In this document: positions 40,252 to 51,523 of the stretch, piece after piece
Layout of the letters: every line of letters begins with the position of its first letter
Position numbering within the stretch: position 1 is the first letter of the stretch
NCBI GenBank assembly: GCA_964604995.1
Contig: CAZSAD010000003.1
Location: forward strand, 1-64,000
Direction of reading: 5' to 3'
DNA: 64,000 nucleotides
From: an uncultured Methanosarcinales archaeon
Lineage (GTDB): Archaea; Nanobdellota; Nanobdellia; Woesearchaeales; JABMPP01
The notes under the pieces: model-generated
Told to the model about the DNA's origin: nothing
Database searches by the model: none
The model's input: the letters and a program-made list of their open reading frames with translations, nothing else
Translations under genes and position numbers: made by a program

Positions 40252-41404
40252 TTATTCTTCAGAACTATTTGATTCGCATGAATCTTCTAAAGACTCACCA
40301 TCTTGTGATAAAATGGATTCTAAGCCACCTTCTTCAGATAGGTTAGTTTGTGATTCTATTTGAGAATCAATGCTGTGGTATTCTTTAGAATCCATTGCAG
40401 CTATTTTACCATAGCTTTGGTTATTACCATAATCTTTTACATAATCTTCATAGAGTTGTTGTAAAGCACTTTTTGCATCAAATTTTTCACCATTTTTTGT
40501 TGCTGCTTCTTTAGACCTAAGCAAATATCTTCTAGTATGATCATTGGCTAAAGCTAGATATTGTTTTTGATTATCTAAACTTTTTGAATCTTTTGCAAGT
40601 TTACTATTATAGAAAACCAATACTTTTTCAACTTCAATTTCTGCATGCAATTTATCTGTTTGCTGATCATGCAAATAACTATGAACAAGTTCATGTGCCA
40701 AAAAATCTTGGTCCATCAATTTATCAGTAAGATTAGGACTATTTTTTTTCAAGAAAGTTTTGTATTTTTTAGCTGCTTTATTATTGTATAAAATAAATCN
40801 NNNNNNNNNATCCAGATTTTTCAGCTTTTGGTGGAGTTGCTGCAATTACTGAACTGTCATCATCCACAATCAATAATTTGTCAATGCCTGTTGAAAATCC
40901 TCCTTTTTTAGCTAGATAGCCAAATAATTCCTGGCCTTTTTTTGATTCAACTAAATCAATGTAAATTTTGCCTATCCTATCACTAGTTTCTAAATTCTTG
41001 TAAATATCTTGCTTTAGATTTTGTGGTAAAGAACTTTGTGCAACTTTAAATTTTGCAGAGTTTAAACTTTTTGATGTTCCCCAATATTTATCTAATGCAA
41101 CATCAGTTAAATCTCTTGCAACAATGCTTTTATTGTTATTTTTAGAATAACCTATTTCAGTCATGGATTGAATATTACCATCTTGGATTACTGGATAAAT
41201 TGGAGCTTGTGTTATTGATGGAAATATTACTTTTGATTGAGCTTTTAATTCATTGTTTCCTGGCAATCTAAAATTAAAAATTGGATCGTAACTTTTTTTA
41301 TAGATAAAATTATTACTACCTGCACTAGAGTTTGAACTATAATTAGTACTGCTTTGTAAAAGATTAGATTCTGCTTTTGGATTAAATGCATTATTGTTTA
41401 CCAT
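40252..41404 (-). CDS. Hypothetical protein with HExxH (putative zincin metallopeptidase); single gene split by N gap
   Basis: Merging the ATC shared by both gap flanks gives an in-frame ...AEKSGFILYNN... (about 379 aa); LAHELVHSYLH. Confidence 0.6.
40800..40809. other. Scaffold gap (10 N)
   Basis: Run of N. Confidence 0.99.
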
Positions 41405-41526
41405 GATGCAATGTCACTATTAGGTAGTTATTGTTTAAAAAGGTTTGCCTAACTGCCAAGAGTAAAAAAGATATTAAGAAGTAAGATATAAATCAAAAAT
41501 AAAAATAAGTTAAAAATAAAAAATAA

Positions 41527-42267
41527 TTAATGATGTCCTCCACCTTTTGCAGGAGCATGTCCAGAAGCGTGCCCACCAGCAACTTGTTTTCCAGTACCAA
41601 TATCATAAGTTGGTGCTTGAGATGGTGTATATCCTGGTCTTCTACCAACATATTCTGTTGCTTTCTGGTCAAGGTGTCTTTGGATGTCATTAGTCAATTG
41701 ACCAAATTTATCAGTAAATGTTTTTTGTTTAGAGTATAATGTTAAATCTAACATCCTGTCCATATTTTTGTAAAATGTTTTTGCAACTTTATCAAGCTGC
41801 GATTCATCTAAAGTTTGCAGTTTTTCTGCAAAGTCTTGATATATAGTACTATGCGCTTTTTGAACAGCTGCCCTTTTTATGGCTTCTACTGTATCATCTG
41901 TAACATAAATTTTTCCATGGCCATCACTAAAAGGCTCAAGTATTTTTTTTAGGTCCTGAAATTTGAGATTAAATCTAAGCATAAGATCCTGAATTTCACC
42001 TGATGGTTCTTTTACTTTGTATCTTTGAGTTAGAAGTGTATGCTTAAGCGCAGAATCAGTAGTTTCATGCCAATTTTTGAGCGTTACATCATCAATTGTT
42101 TCATTCTCACTTAATTTAGATAGGTGTTTACTTAATACTTTTTTATGTTTGTTATGTGTGTAATTAACATCAGCATAATATTTATCCAAATATTCCATAC
42201 CTAAATCTTTTTCTTCGTGATGTGTAGAAGGTTGTGCACTGTGTGCACCATGAGGACTGCCTGACAT
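41527..42267 (-). CDS. Hypothetical protein with His-rich termini
   Basis: MSGSPHGAHSAQPSTHHEE...GGHASGHAPAKGGGHH; SD GGAGTGG. Confidence 0.65.
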   Translation of the reverse strand: MSGSPHGAHSAQPSTHHEEKDLGMEYLDKYYADVNYTHNKHKKVLSKHLSKLSENETIDDVTLKNWHETTDSALKHTLLTQRYKVKEPSGEIQDLMLRFNLKFQDLKKILEPFSDGHGKIYVTDDTVEAIKRAAVQKAHSTIYQDFAEKLQTLDESQLDKVAKTFYKNMDRMLDLTLYSKQKTFTDKFGQLTNDIQRHLDQKATEYVGRRPGYTPSQAPTYDIGTGKQVAGGHASGHAPAKGGGHH

Positions 42268-42417
42268 TTTTACCACTCCAAATAATTAATTAATATTAAA
42301 TTACCATATCTATTTATCATATCTTTTATTTTTTAATTTAGTTAATTTAGTTATTTTATCTATTATTGAATGATAAAATTATCATTGCTAATATATAAAT
42401 TTTGTTATTTAAATTTA

Positions 42418-43254
42418 TTAATCTGAATCAGTATCCCAAGCTGTGTGCACTTTATTCATTTCGAGATTATTAGAAGTATCTTGTTTTTCTTTTTCTTGAG
42501 TACTTATTTTTACAGGTTCATCTGGACCAGTCCCAATTATTATGCCTACATAAAATAAGGAGATTACCAGATTAATAATTGCTAAACTTTTGATGTCCAT
42601 TGTTTGAAATATTTCAAAATTGCCAAAAGCACCAGCAAAAACAAATATCATCACGAACGTAAAGGGGAGTATTGTCAAAAAGCTCTTAACTTTTAATTTA
42701 TGAATAAATGCAACAGAAAAAATCAAAGTTAGTAGTGTTGGCAAAAGTCCAATGAATATTTTTCCAATTGACTCTCTTGTACTAGAACTTAATAATAGCA
42801 TTAGTACTATAAATGCCACAATACTGATGATGATAATCAAATTTTGAACATTAATTTTTGGTGAAGATGTAGTTTTGTAATCTTTTCTTCTATTAAGGAC
42901 CGTTTTTATTGCAGAATTAATAGTATCTTGTGAATGCCCATAGCTACTAAGGGATTTTTCAATTTCATGGATGGTTCTTCCCTGTGCAATGTTGTATTCA
43001 ATATATCTAACTAAGGAATTGATAACATCATAATAAAGATCTTGCTGCAATTTACTTTGCACAGGTTCATTCATGGCCATAATTAAATCCCATTTATTTT
43101 TTTTAAGACTATCAATTGCTTCTTGAATGATATTATGATGATGACCAGCATCAATCAGAGCTTTTTTTACATTTTCAACAGAATTTCCTTTTTCAACTTC
43201 TTGCTTAATATATTTTATAAGCTCTTTTTTAAGATAGGTTGATACATTCTCCAT
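42418..43254 (-). CDS. Membrane protein with two N-terminal helical repeats and 4 TM helices
   Basis: YIKQEVEKG...L..AGH and YIEYNIAQG...L..YGH repeats; hydrophobic C-half. Confidence 0.7.
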   Translation of the reverse strand: MENVSTYLKKELIKYIKQEVEKGNSVENVKKALIDAGHHHNIIQEAIDSLKKNKWDLIMAMNEPVQSKLQQDLYYDVINSLVRYIEYNIAQGRTIHEIEKSLSSYGHSQDTINSAIKTVLNRRKDYKTTSSPKINVQNLIIIISIVAFIVLMLLLSSSTRESIGKIFIGLLPTLLTLIFSVAFIHKLKVKSFLTILPFTFVMIFVFAGAFGNFEIFQTMDIKSLAIINLVISLFYVGIIIGTGPDEPVKISTQEKEKQDTSNNLEMNKVHTAWDTDSD

Positions 43255-43388
43255 GATGCCTCTTTTTTAACATAAATAATATTACGAAACGTTTTTTACT
43301 CTTTATTATAGCTTAACTATAATAGGCTTATAAATATTTTGCGATACATGAAGATTGTGTACCTGAAATAGATAACTTAATTTTTTGG

Positions 43389-43562
43389 TTAAAGAATATT
43401 GCGATCTGTCATTTTAGGAATATTTTTCTCAAATCCGCACCTAGTACAAACAATGCTGTTAGTTTTAAGGTCAAATTCTAGTGTCAAATGTCCACATTTA
43501 GGGCATTTTTTAACTGGAGAAATCATTTCAAAGTTCTTATGCAACTCTTCGTATGGGTCCAT
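43389..43562 (-). CDS. Small TFIIB-type zinc-ribbon protein
   Basis: CPKCG...CTRCGF. Confidence 0.65.
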   Translation of the reverse strand: MDPYEELHKNFEMISPVKKCPKCGHLTLEFDLKTNSIVCTRCGFEKNIPKMTDRNIL

Positions 43563-43684
43563 AGTATAATTCAAATGTTTAAAATATAAAAATTTTATGA
43601 AGAATTATATTACAAAAACAAAAATTAAGGGGAAAAATGGGAAAAATTAGAAATATTATCTTAAAAGATGTTTCCTACCTTTAA

Positions 43685-44800
43685 TTATTTTTTAGAGGGA
43701 TTTTTTTCAAGATATGACCCAATATGTTCATCGTGATTAAGATTCCAGATTATCTCTGCAAAAACTTTAGCTAAATCATATTCCTCAAAATAAGGCCTGT
43801 CAAAAACAGGAGTTGTATTCGGGACAAATATTTTATTGACCAACCCTTGATTATAAGCTTCATCTAACTTTTTTATATTAGTTAACTCTGCATGTGAGAA
43901 AACACCATATACTGGTCCAACATCTGCAATTTTTTTAAGTTCTTCAATGCCATTTTTTGCTGTTGTGAAAGTTCCAAGAATATCATCGAGTAATAAAATG
44001 TTTTTGCCATCAACTGAAGTAGTTCCTAAAGTTAAAGAGGTCACATCTTTTTCAGTTCCACTTTTTCTGATTGCACCAAGAGTCACACTTGGTATTTTCA
44101 ACCACTCGGAAAATTTTTCATCTCTTTTTGTACTGCCTACATCTGGAAGCAAAATTATGGCATTCTTAAGAAATTCTTTGTAATTTTCTTGCAAATATTC
44201 AGTTACAATTTTAAATGGTGGAACTGCTTCCATATGGATATTTGCATCCTCATAAAAACCAACTTCAGTTGGGTTATGTGGATCATAACAAAGTCCATTC
44301 AAAGTTTTATTTTTAGTTATTCCAGAAAGCAAAGCAGGAAATAATTGCGCCCCAATAGTGCTTCTTCCTTCACGTTGATCATCTCTTTGATCGAAAAGAT
44401 AAGGTGTAACTAAAGTAACTCTTTTTGCTCCAGATTGAAGTGCTGCACCAACAAGTTTTAGAAATTCCATAGCATTATTATCAGCATTTGGACCATTTTC
44501 TGCAAAATTTTTTGGTTGCCATTGGACAATATAAACATCATCCCCCCTAACCCCTCGTTCTAAAAAAACTTTAGACATAGTTGCTGGAAAAGATTTAATT
44601 TCTGAAGAGTATAAATTCAAATTTTCATCTAAACTATAATCTGAACTATAAATAGAATCATTAGTTTGAAATCCATTAATTTGGAATTTTGGGTCGTGGG
44701 TTAATTTAATTTTATTTAATTCATTAACAATATTTTGTCCAAAATATTTTCCATTTTGACAAGCATAAACAACAATGTCACCATTGGGTTTTCGAGGCAT
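43685..44800 (-). CDS. Divergent ribose-phosphate pyrophosphokinase (Prs)-like protein
   Basis: VRGDDVYIVQ, GAKRVTLVTPY, PD.G, LLDDI..T..T, V.NT.P; several catalytic motifs altered. Confidence 0.75.
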   Translation of the reverse strand: MPRKPNGDIVVYACQNGKYFGQNIVNELNKIKLTHDPKFQINGFQTNDSIYSSDYSLDENLNLYSSEIKSFPATMSKVFLERGVRGDDVYIVQWQPKNFAENGPNADNNAMEFLKLVGAALQSGAKRVTLVTPYLFDQRDDQREGRSTIGAQLFPALLSGITKNKTLNGLCYDPHNPTEVGFYEDANIHMEAVPPFKIVTEYLQENYKEFLKNAIILLPDVGSTKRDEKFSEWLKIPSVTLGAIRKSGTEKDVTSLTLGTTSVDGKNILLLDDILGTFTTAKNGIEELKKIADVGPVYGVFSHAELTNIKKLDEAYNQGLVNKIFVPNTTPVFDRPYFEEYDLAKVFAEIIWNLNHDEHIGSYLEKNPSKK

Positions 44801-44975
44801 AATTAACACAAATAAGTTTTATTTTTAAATCTAAGCTTTTTTACTACTTTTAAATGGAAAAATTATTAAAGAATATTGAAGAAAAACATTATAGTATCTA
44901 TCAAACCTAATTCATCGAAAAGATTTATATTAAACCCAAAAAACTGTACTATAAGATACAACAAATAACTGTAAT

Positions 44976-47900
44976 GTGTTAATAATGGATAATGACAAAT
45001 CAAATTTCAAAGCTGAAAAATATGACCCAGTAGCTTTAGAGCCATCCATATTGAAGTTCTGGGAAAAGGATGAAATTTACAAAAAAGCTAAAGAAAAAAA
45101 TGCAGGCAGAAAAAGATTTTATTTTCTAGACGGTCCGCCTTATACTTCTGGTAAAATACATTTAGGCACAGCTTGGAATAAGCCACTAAAAGATATGGTT
45201 TTAAGATATAAAAGAATGAATGGTTTTGATGTTTGGGATAGAGCAGGTTATGATATGCATGGCCTTCCAACAGAACATGCAACTGAAAAGAAATTAGGTC
45301 TTAATGGCAAAGAAGATATCATAAAATACGGTGTTGATAAATTCATAACTGAGTGCAAAAAACTTTGCGTTGATAATTTACAAATTATGAATAAGGATTT
45401 TATCAGACTTGGCGTTTGGATGGATTTTGAAAATGCATACCAAAGCATAACTAATGGATTTATTGATGGTGAATGGTGGCTAATAAAAAAAGCGCATGAA
45501 AATAATAGACTTTATCGTGGTCTTAGAACAATGACTTGGTGTAAAGACTGCGCAACTGCTTTAGCTAAACATGAATTAGATTATGAGGAAGTAACTGATA
45601 ATTCAATTTTTGTAAAATTCAAAGTTAAAGACAAAGAAAATGAATATTTTATTGTCTGGACAACAACTCCTTGGACAATACCCTTTAATATGGCAATAAT
45701 GGTAAATCCTGAATTAGAATATGTCAAAGTTAAAGTTGATAATGAAGTTTGGATATTAAGCAAACAATTAGGGCCAATGGTCATGCAAGCTGTTGTTGGA
45801 AAAAAATATGAAGAAATTGAATGTTTCTTAGGAGATAAACTTGAAGGAATAAAATATGAACATTTCTTTGAACATGAAATGCATTATTCAAAATTGCATG
45901 CAAAAAATCCACAAAAAGTCCATTCTGTTGTTTTGTCAACTGAGTATGTTGATACATCAGCAGGAACTGGCCTTGTTCACTGCGCACCTGGATGCGGTCC
46001 AGAGGATTATGAAGTTGGATACAAAAATGGAATCCCTCCTTTTAACACATTAGATGATAATGGTATTTTTCCAAAATCAACTGGTAAATTCGCAGGTTTA
46101 ATTGCAAGAAAAGATGATGCTAAATTTATCAAATTTATAGAAGATGCAAAAGCGCTTATTGCAACAAGTGAAGTGCAGCACGATTATGCACATTGCTGGC
46201 GATGCCATAATGGTGTTATTTACAGAACAACAAAGCAATGGTTCTTTAAAGTAGAAGATATGAAAGATGAATTAATAAAAGAAAATAATAAAATTAAATG
46301 GATACCAACCAGTGCATATAATGCATTTAATTCTTGGTTAGAAAATTTAAGAGATAATTCAATTTCCAAACAAAGATTCTGGGGAACTCCCTTGCCTATT
46401 TGGATGAATGAAAAAGATGAAAATGATTACATTGTAATTGGAAGTATAAAAGAATTAGAAGAATTATCAGGATTAAAAATTGAAGATTTACATGTTCCAA
46501 AAATTGATGAAATAAAAATAACTAAAGATGGGAAAATTTATAGACGTGTTCCTGATATATTAGATGTTTGGGTTGATGCTGGAACAGTTTCATGGAATTG
46601 CCTAGATTTTCCAAATAGAAAAGATTTATTCGAAGAAATGTATCCTGCTGATTTTATTTTAGAAGGAAAAGACCAGATACGTGGATGGTATAATTTATTA
46701 CACGTTGCAAGTATGGTAAGTATGAATAGGCCAGCATTCAAAACAGTTTACATGCATGGTTTTGTAAATGATGCTCTTGGAAGAAAAATGTCAAAGAGTT
46801 TAGGAAATGTCATATCTCCTTATGAAGTAATTGATAAATATGGAGCAGATACGTTTAGATATTATGCAATTGGTGGGGCTAATCCTGGCTTTGATTTAAA
46901 TTATAATTTTGATGATTTAAAAGTTAAAAGAAGAAATCTTGAAGTGCTTTGGAACATTCACAATTTTTTAATTGATTATTCTAAACAAGTTGACTTACCA
47001 ACAAAAGAAGAAGCAAAAGATGCATTTTCATTTGAAGAAAAATATATTTTATCTAAATTAAATAGTACAATAAAAAAAGTAACAGAATTGTATGAATCTT
47101 ACCAATTAAATCAAATTCCCTGGGAAATAGAATCATTATTCTTAGAATTATCAAGAACATACATGCAACTTGTAAGAGATAAATCTTCCATTGGAGAAGA
47201 AATTGAAAAAAAGAGTGTAATGTGGACAATATATACAGTTTTAATGGAAACACTCAAAATGTTTGCAACAATCGCGCCATTTGTATCCGAATCTATCTAT
47301 CAGGACATGAAAAAATATTTTGATTTGTCTGAAGATAGTATTCATCATTGTAAATGGCCACATGCACAAATTGATTTAATAGATTTACAATTAGAATCAG
47401 ATATGCAAACAGCTCAGCAAATAATACAATCCATTTTATCTGCAAGAGAAAAAGCAAAACTAGGAGTTAGATGGCCATTAAAAGAAGTGGTTATAGAATC
47501 AAATAGTAAAGATGTTGAAAACACAATTAAAAACTTGGGAGATATTATAAAAACACAATGCAATATAAGAGAAATAAAAATTGTCAAATTATTTGATCAA
47601 GTAGAAAAAAGTATTAAAGTTGACTTTCCAAAGCTTGGACCATTATTTACTGTTGATTCACCAAAAGTAATTGCAAAATTAACACAAGAAAGTTCGGCAT
47701 CTATTTTATCAAAATTAGAAAAAGAAGGAAAATACACCTTCAAACTAGATGGTAAAGTTTACGAAGTTCCTTCTCAAGTATTTAAAATTGAAAGAGTAGT
47801 TAAAGAGCCATATATTGAAAGTCAAACAAAAGGTGGTTATTTATATTTAAATTCACAAATGACTAAAGATCTTGAAGAGGAAGGATTTGCAAGAGAATTA

Positions 47901-48143
47901 ATGAGAAGAATACAATCAATGAGAAAAACTGCTGGCTTAAATAAAACCCAAAGAATAGAATTGTATATAACTGCAAATAATTCTGATCTAAATATTTTTT
48001 CAGTTTGGAAATTACAAATAATGGAAAAAGTTGGTGCAAGTAATTTTGAATTTGGAACAGATAATCCAAAACAAGAGTATACAAATACTGAAAGTGTAAC
48101 AGTTAAAGATAAAGAATTCAAATTGTTCTTTAATATTTTATAG
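44976..48143 (+). CDS. ileS: Isoleucine--tRNA ligase (archaeal/eukaryotic type)
   Basis: DGPPY..G..HLGT, WTTTPWT, GTGLVH.APG.G..D, EGKDQIRGW, KMSKS. Confidence 0.97.
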   Translation: MLIMDNDKSNFKAEKYDPVALEPSILKFWEKDEIYKKAKEKNAGRKRFYFLDGPPYTSGKIHLGTAWNKPLKDMVLRYKRMNGFDVWDRAGYDMHGLPTEHATEKKLGLNGKEDIIKYGVDKFITECKKLCVDNLQIMNKDFIRLGVWMDFENAYQSITNGFIDGEWWLIKKAHENNRLYRGLRTMTWCKDCATALAKHELDYEEVTDNSIFVKFKVKDKENEYFIVWTTTPWTIPFNMAIMVNPELEYVKVKVDNEVWILSKQLGPMVMQAVVGKKYEEIECFLGDKLEGIKYEHFFEHEMHYSKLHAKNPQKVHSVVLSTEYVDTSAGTGLVHCAPGCGPEDYEVGYKNGIPPFNTLDDNGIFPKSTGKFAGLIARKDDAKFIKFIEDAKALIATSEVQHDYAHCWRCHNGVIYRTTKQWFFKVEDMKDELIKENNKIKWIPTSAYNAFNSWLENLRDNSISKQRFWGTPLPIWMNEKDENDYIVIGSIKELEELSGLKIEDLHVPKIDEIKITKDGKIYRRVPDILDVWVDAGTVSWNCLDFPNRKDLFEEMYPADFILEGKDQIRGWYNLLHVASMVSMNRPAFKTVYMHGFVNDALGRKMSKSLGNVISPYEVIDKYGADTFRYYAIGGANPGFDLNYNFDDLKVKRRNLEVLWNIHNFLIDYSKQVDLPTKEEAKDAFSFEEKYILSKLNSTIKKVTELYESYQLNQIPWEIESLFLELSRTYMQLVRDKSSIGEEIEKKSVMWTIYTVLMETLKMFATIAPFVSESIYQDMKKYFDLSEDSIHHCKWPHAQIDLIDLQLESDMQTAQQIIQSILSAREKAKLGVRWPLKEVVIESNSKDVENTIKNLGDIIKTQCNIREIKIVKLFDQVEKSIKVDFPKLGPLFTVDSPKVIAKLTQESSASILSKLEKEGKYTFKLDGKVYEVPSQVFKIERVVKEPYIESQTKGGYLYLNSQMTKDLEEEGFARELMRRIQSMRKTAGLNKTQRIELYITANNSDLNIFSVWKLQIMEKVGASNFEFGTDNPKQEYTNTESVTVKDKEFKLFFNIL

Positions 48144-48275
48144 TATAATAATCGTTTTTTTATAGTTATTCTTACAATTCTTTTTATTATTAAACTTTTA
48201 TTGTTGAATCCGTCATAAAGATATAACTAATTTTTCTTGATAATGTTTAAATACCACCAAAACTCCCTTAATTTT

Positions 48276-49043
48276 ATGACATTGTATTTAATTGGACTTG
48301 GATTACATGATGAGAAAGATATCACATTAAGAGGACTAGAAATTTTAAAAAAATGTGATTATATTTTCTTAGAATCTTATACTTCCAAATTAAACTGCGG
48401 GATAGATAAACTTGAAACATTAATTGGAAAAGAGATTACCCCAGCTTTTAGAGAAATGATTGAAAATAAAGTTGAACAACTAATTTTAAGCAAAGCAAAA
48501 GATAAGGATGTTGCAATTCTAGTTGCAGGAGATCCTCTTGCAGCAACAACGCATATAGATATGATAACAAGAGCTAAAGAACTTAAAATTGATGTAAAAA
48601 TAATCCACAATGCATCAATTGTGAATGCAATTGCAAGTACTGGTCTTCAATTATACAAATTTGGTAAAACTGCAAGCATACCTTATCCTATGAAAAATTT
48701 TGAACCTGAAACATTCTATGATATATTAAAAGAAAATCAATCCATAAATGCTCATACATTAATGCTACTTGACATTAAAGCAGAAGAAGATAAATTTATG
48801 AGTGTTGGTGAAGGAATAAGATGCTTATTACAAGTAGAGCTTAGAAGAAACGAAAAAGTATTTACTGAAAAAACATTTGTTGTTGGCTGTGCAAGAATTG
48901 GAGCTAATGATCAAAAGATTATTGCAGATTTGGCTGGAAAAGTAATGAAACAAGATTTTGGAAAACCAGTGCACTGCTTTATTATACCTGCTAAAATGCA
49001 TTTTATGGAAGAAGAATTCTTAGAACAATATAAAATAAAATGA
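48276..49043 (+). CDS. dph5: Diphthine synthase
   Basis: LYLIGLGL.DEKDIT, ESYTS, GDPLAATTH, GLQLYKFG, HTL.LLDI. Confidence 0.95.
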   Translation: MTLYLIGLGLHDEKDITLRGLEILKKCDYIFLESYTSKLNCGIDKLETLIGKEITPAFREMIENKVEQLILSKAKDKDVAILVAGDPLAATTHIDMITRAKELKIDVKIIHNASIVNAIASTGLQLYKFGKTASIPYPMKNFEPETFYDILKENQSINAHTLMLLDIKAEEDKFMSVGEGIRCLLQVELRRNEKVFTEKTFVVGCARIGANDQKIIADLAGKVMKQDFGKPVHCFIIPAKMHFMEEEFLEQYKIK

Positions 49044-49603
49044 TTAATAAAAATAAAACAAGAAAAAATAAAATGTTCCCAACTCAAAAAGAAGCAATTA
49101 ATCTTTTGCAAAAGTATGCACCAGATAAAGAATCATTTGTAATAGTTCTAAATCATTCAAAAGCTGTACAAAAATTTGCATTAAAGATTTCTAAAAATGT
49201 TAAAGGATGCAATTTGAAGATAATTAAAATTGGCTCACTTCTTCATGATATTGGAAGATTCAAATATCCACCAACAAACAAAAAGTTCTCTATTAAGCAT
49301 GGTATTGCTGGAGCAAAAATACTAAAAAAAGAAAAGGTAGATAATATATTTGCAAAAATATGTGAAAACCATTTAGGTGTTGGAATAACAAAACAAGATA
49401 TTATTAGTCAAAAATTACCATTACCAAAAAAGAATTTTGTGCCAATAACTATTGAAGAAAAAATAATATGTTATGCTGACAATATGAAACTTGACAGCGA
49501 AAAAGCAATTGAAGATAGATTTGCAAAAGAAGTAGATGAAAAATACCGAAAAAAAGTCAAAAAATTCCATCAAGAAATTCATTCAATAATAAGCAACAGA
49601 TAA
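49040..49603 (+). CDS. HD-domain phosphohydrolase (HDIG)
   Basis: HS..V, LLHDIGR, HG..GA, H.G.G, EEKII.YAD. Confidence 0.88.
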   Translation: MINKNKTRKNKMFPTQKEAINLLQKYAPDKESFVIVLNHSKAVQKFALKISKNVKGCNLKIIKIGSLLHDIGRFKYPPTNKKFSIKHGIAGAKILKKEKVDNIFAKICENHLGVGITKQDIISQKLPLPKKNFVPITIEEKIICYADNMKLDSEKAIEDRFAKEVDEKYRKKVKKFHQEIHSIISNR

Positions 49604-49673
49604 TAAATAACAAACAACAAATACACAATAAAATTTTTATATTGGTATTTAGTCCAATTTTCATCAGGTTTAT

Positions 49674-50414
49674 ATGGTAGAAGTTGAAAAATTAAAACTC
49701 GAACAAGAAAAGCTGGCCAAAAAGGTAATAACTCACGATGTCTTTGAAAAAGAAGATATAAAGACAATCGCAGGTATTGACCAGGCATACACCAGCGACA
49801 ATAGAATAGTTTCAGCCATAGTTGTTCTAAATGTAAAAGACTTAAAGGAAATAGAAACAAAATATTCAGTTAAGGAAGTGACTTTGCCCTACATTCCTGG
49901 TTTTTTAAGTTACAGAGAATTACCTGCAATGGTTGAAGCATATAATATGTTAGATACAAGGCCAGATCTTATAATGGTTGATGGCAATGGTATATTGCAT
50001 CCAAGAAGATTTGGTCTTGCAAGCCACCTTGGTGTAATACTTGATAAAGTTTCAATAGGAATTGCAAAAAGTTTACTAACTGGAGAAGTAAATGACGAAA
50101 GAATTATCATTGATAAAGAAGTAAGAGGTTTAAAACTTATAACAAAAGAACATGCCAATCCTTTATTTATTTCACCAGGACATAAAATAAGCATCCAAAG
50201 CTCACTTGCAATTGCTAAAAAGTATATTATTCTTCCACATAAATTACCAGAACCATTGCATTTAGCACACAAATTAGCAAACAAGATAAAAAAAGAATTA
50301 AACCCTGCAAAAACAGAAGATTTGAATAATAAAGAAACTACACCAATCAAGAATAATAGTGATGATAATAAGAATAATAAAAGCAACAAACACCACATTA
50401 AACAACAAAAATAG
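49674..50414 (+). CDS. nfi: Endonuclease V
   Basis: AGID.AY, PYIPGFLSYRE, VDGNG.LHPR..GLASH, GIAK, SPGH, LPEP. Confidence 0.95.
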   Translation: MVEVEKLKLEQEKLAKKVITHDVFEKEDIKTIAGIDQAYTSDNRIVSAIVVLNVKDLKEIETKYSVKEVTLPYIPGFLSYRELPAMVEAYNMLDTRPDLIMVDGNGILHPRRFGLASHLGVILDKVSIGIAKSLLTGEVNDERIIIDKEVRGLKLITKEHANPLFISPGHKISIQSSLAIAKKYIILPHKLPEPLHLAHKLANKIKKELNPAKTEDLNNKETTPIKNNSDDNKNNKSNKHHIKQQK

Positions 50415-50494
50415 AAAATTAAAAATTCTTAAAATTTCATTAAATTTGTACCTATACTAGAAAGGTTTATTAATTTAGTAAAATAAGAGAATGT

Positions 50495-50941
50495 ATGAGC
50501 TTTAAGATATTTATCAAAGAAAAGAAAATCGAAATTGGAGTTTTATTAATTATTCTAAACTTTGCAATAGGAATTGTAGCAAAAATACCTTTTTTTGAAT
50601 TAATTGCAAATCCAAGTGATTTTAAACAACATCCAATGTATTATCTCTCTGCAATTATTGTATATATTTTTAGTTGGGTTTTATTATTTATTGGAATTTT
50701 ATTAATTGGAGAGGAAACAATTAATGCCATTAAAAAAAAGATGCAAAGAAAAATGAAAAAAACATATGATAAACATGTTGGACAACATGTTGAAAAGCAT
50801 GTTAATGTACCTATGAAAAAATTTGTAAAAAAAGTAGGTAAAAAAAGTAAACAACTCTACGCCCAAGGACAAGAAAAAATTGCAACTATGCAAGAAAATA
50901 TGGAAAGAGAAAAAAAGAAAAGAAAGAAAAAGATTATGTAA
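50495..50941 (+). CDS. Hypothetical membrane protein (2 TM, basic tail)
   Basis: Two hydrophobic helices then Lys-rich coiled tail. Confidence 0.6.
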   Translation: MSFKIFIKEKKIEIGVLLIILNFAIGIVAKIPFFELIANPSDFKQHPMYYLSAIIVYIFSWVLLFIGILLIGEETINAIKKKMQRKMKKTYDKHVGQHVEKHVNVPMKKFVKKVGKKSKQLYAQGQEKIATMQENMEREKKKRKKKIM

Positions 50942-50965
50942 AAAATATGCTTTTTGTCTGGAGTT

Positions 50966-51385
50966 CTAATTTAAAAATTCTTCAGCTTTTTTTAATAACT
51001 GTTTTGCTGAATTAAAAGTTAATTTTTTAAATGCCTCTTCGAAAAAGAGCCATTTGAATCCTTTATGCTCATGTGACAATATAACCTCATTTTCTAATTG
51101 TGTAGATTCTGCTAAGAAAAAAACTACTTCTTTGGTAATTATTTGATTATCTTTTTTAAAATGATAAGTTATTTTTTCACTAAACCCATTAATAACATTA
51201 AAGTTGGTAAGACCAGTTTCTTCTTTTGTTTCTCTAATTGCTGCATCCATAAAAGTTTCTCCATTTTCTAAATGACCCTTAGCATAATCCCAATGTCCTG
51301 GAATATAATGTAAAATAAGATATTTATTTTTTCCATTTTCTTTTTTATAAATTACAAATCCTGCAGATTTCTCAAGTTTTTCCAT
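50966..51385 (-). CDS. NUDIX hydrolase, Ap4A hydrolase-like
   Basis: KSAG, GHWDYAKGH.E.GE....A.RE..EETG Nudix box, LSHEH....W. Confidence 0.9.
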   Translation of the reverse strand: MEKLEKSAGFVIYKKENGKNKYLILHYIPGHWDYAKGHLENGETFMDAAIRETKEETGLTNFNVINGFSEKITYHFKKDNQIITKEVVFFLAESTQLENEVILSHEHKGFKWLFFEEAFKKLTFNSAKQLLKKAEEFLN

Positions 51386-51523
51386 TTTTGATGAATATTA
51401 AATATTTATGAAATATTATTATTACCCAATCCTATTAAAGATATTATTGTTAAATATTTATTTAATCAAGATTCTATAAAAACCTTTTTAAAGTTGAATG
51501 AAGTTTTAACTTTTTGAAAACAT

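Noticed and set aside
40781..40845. Two overlapping genes or programmed frameshift
   Set aside because: Artefact of the N gap; the flanks share ATC and merge in frame
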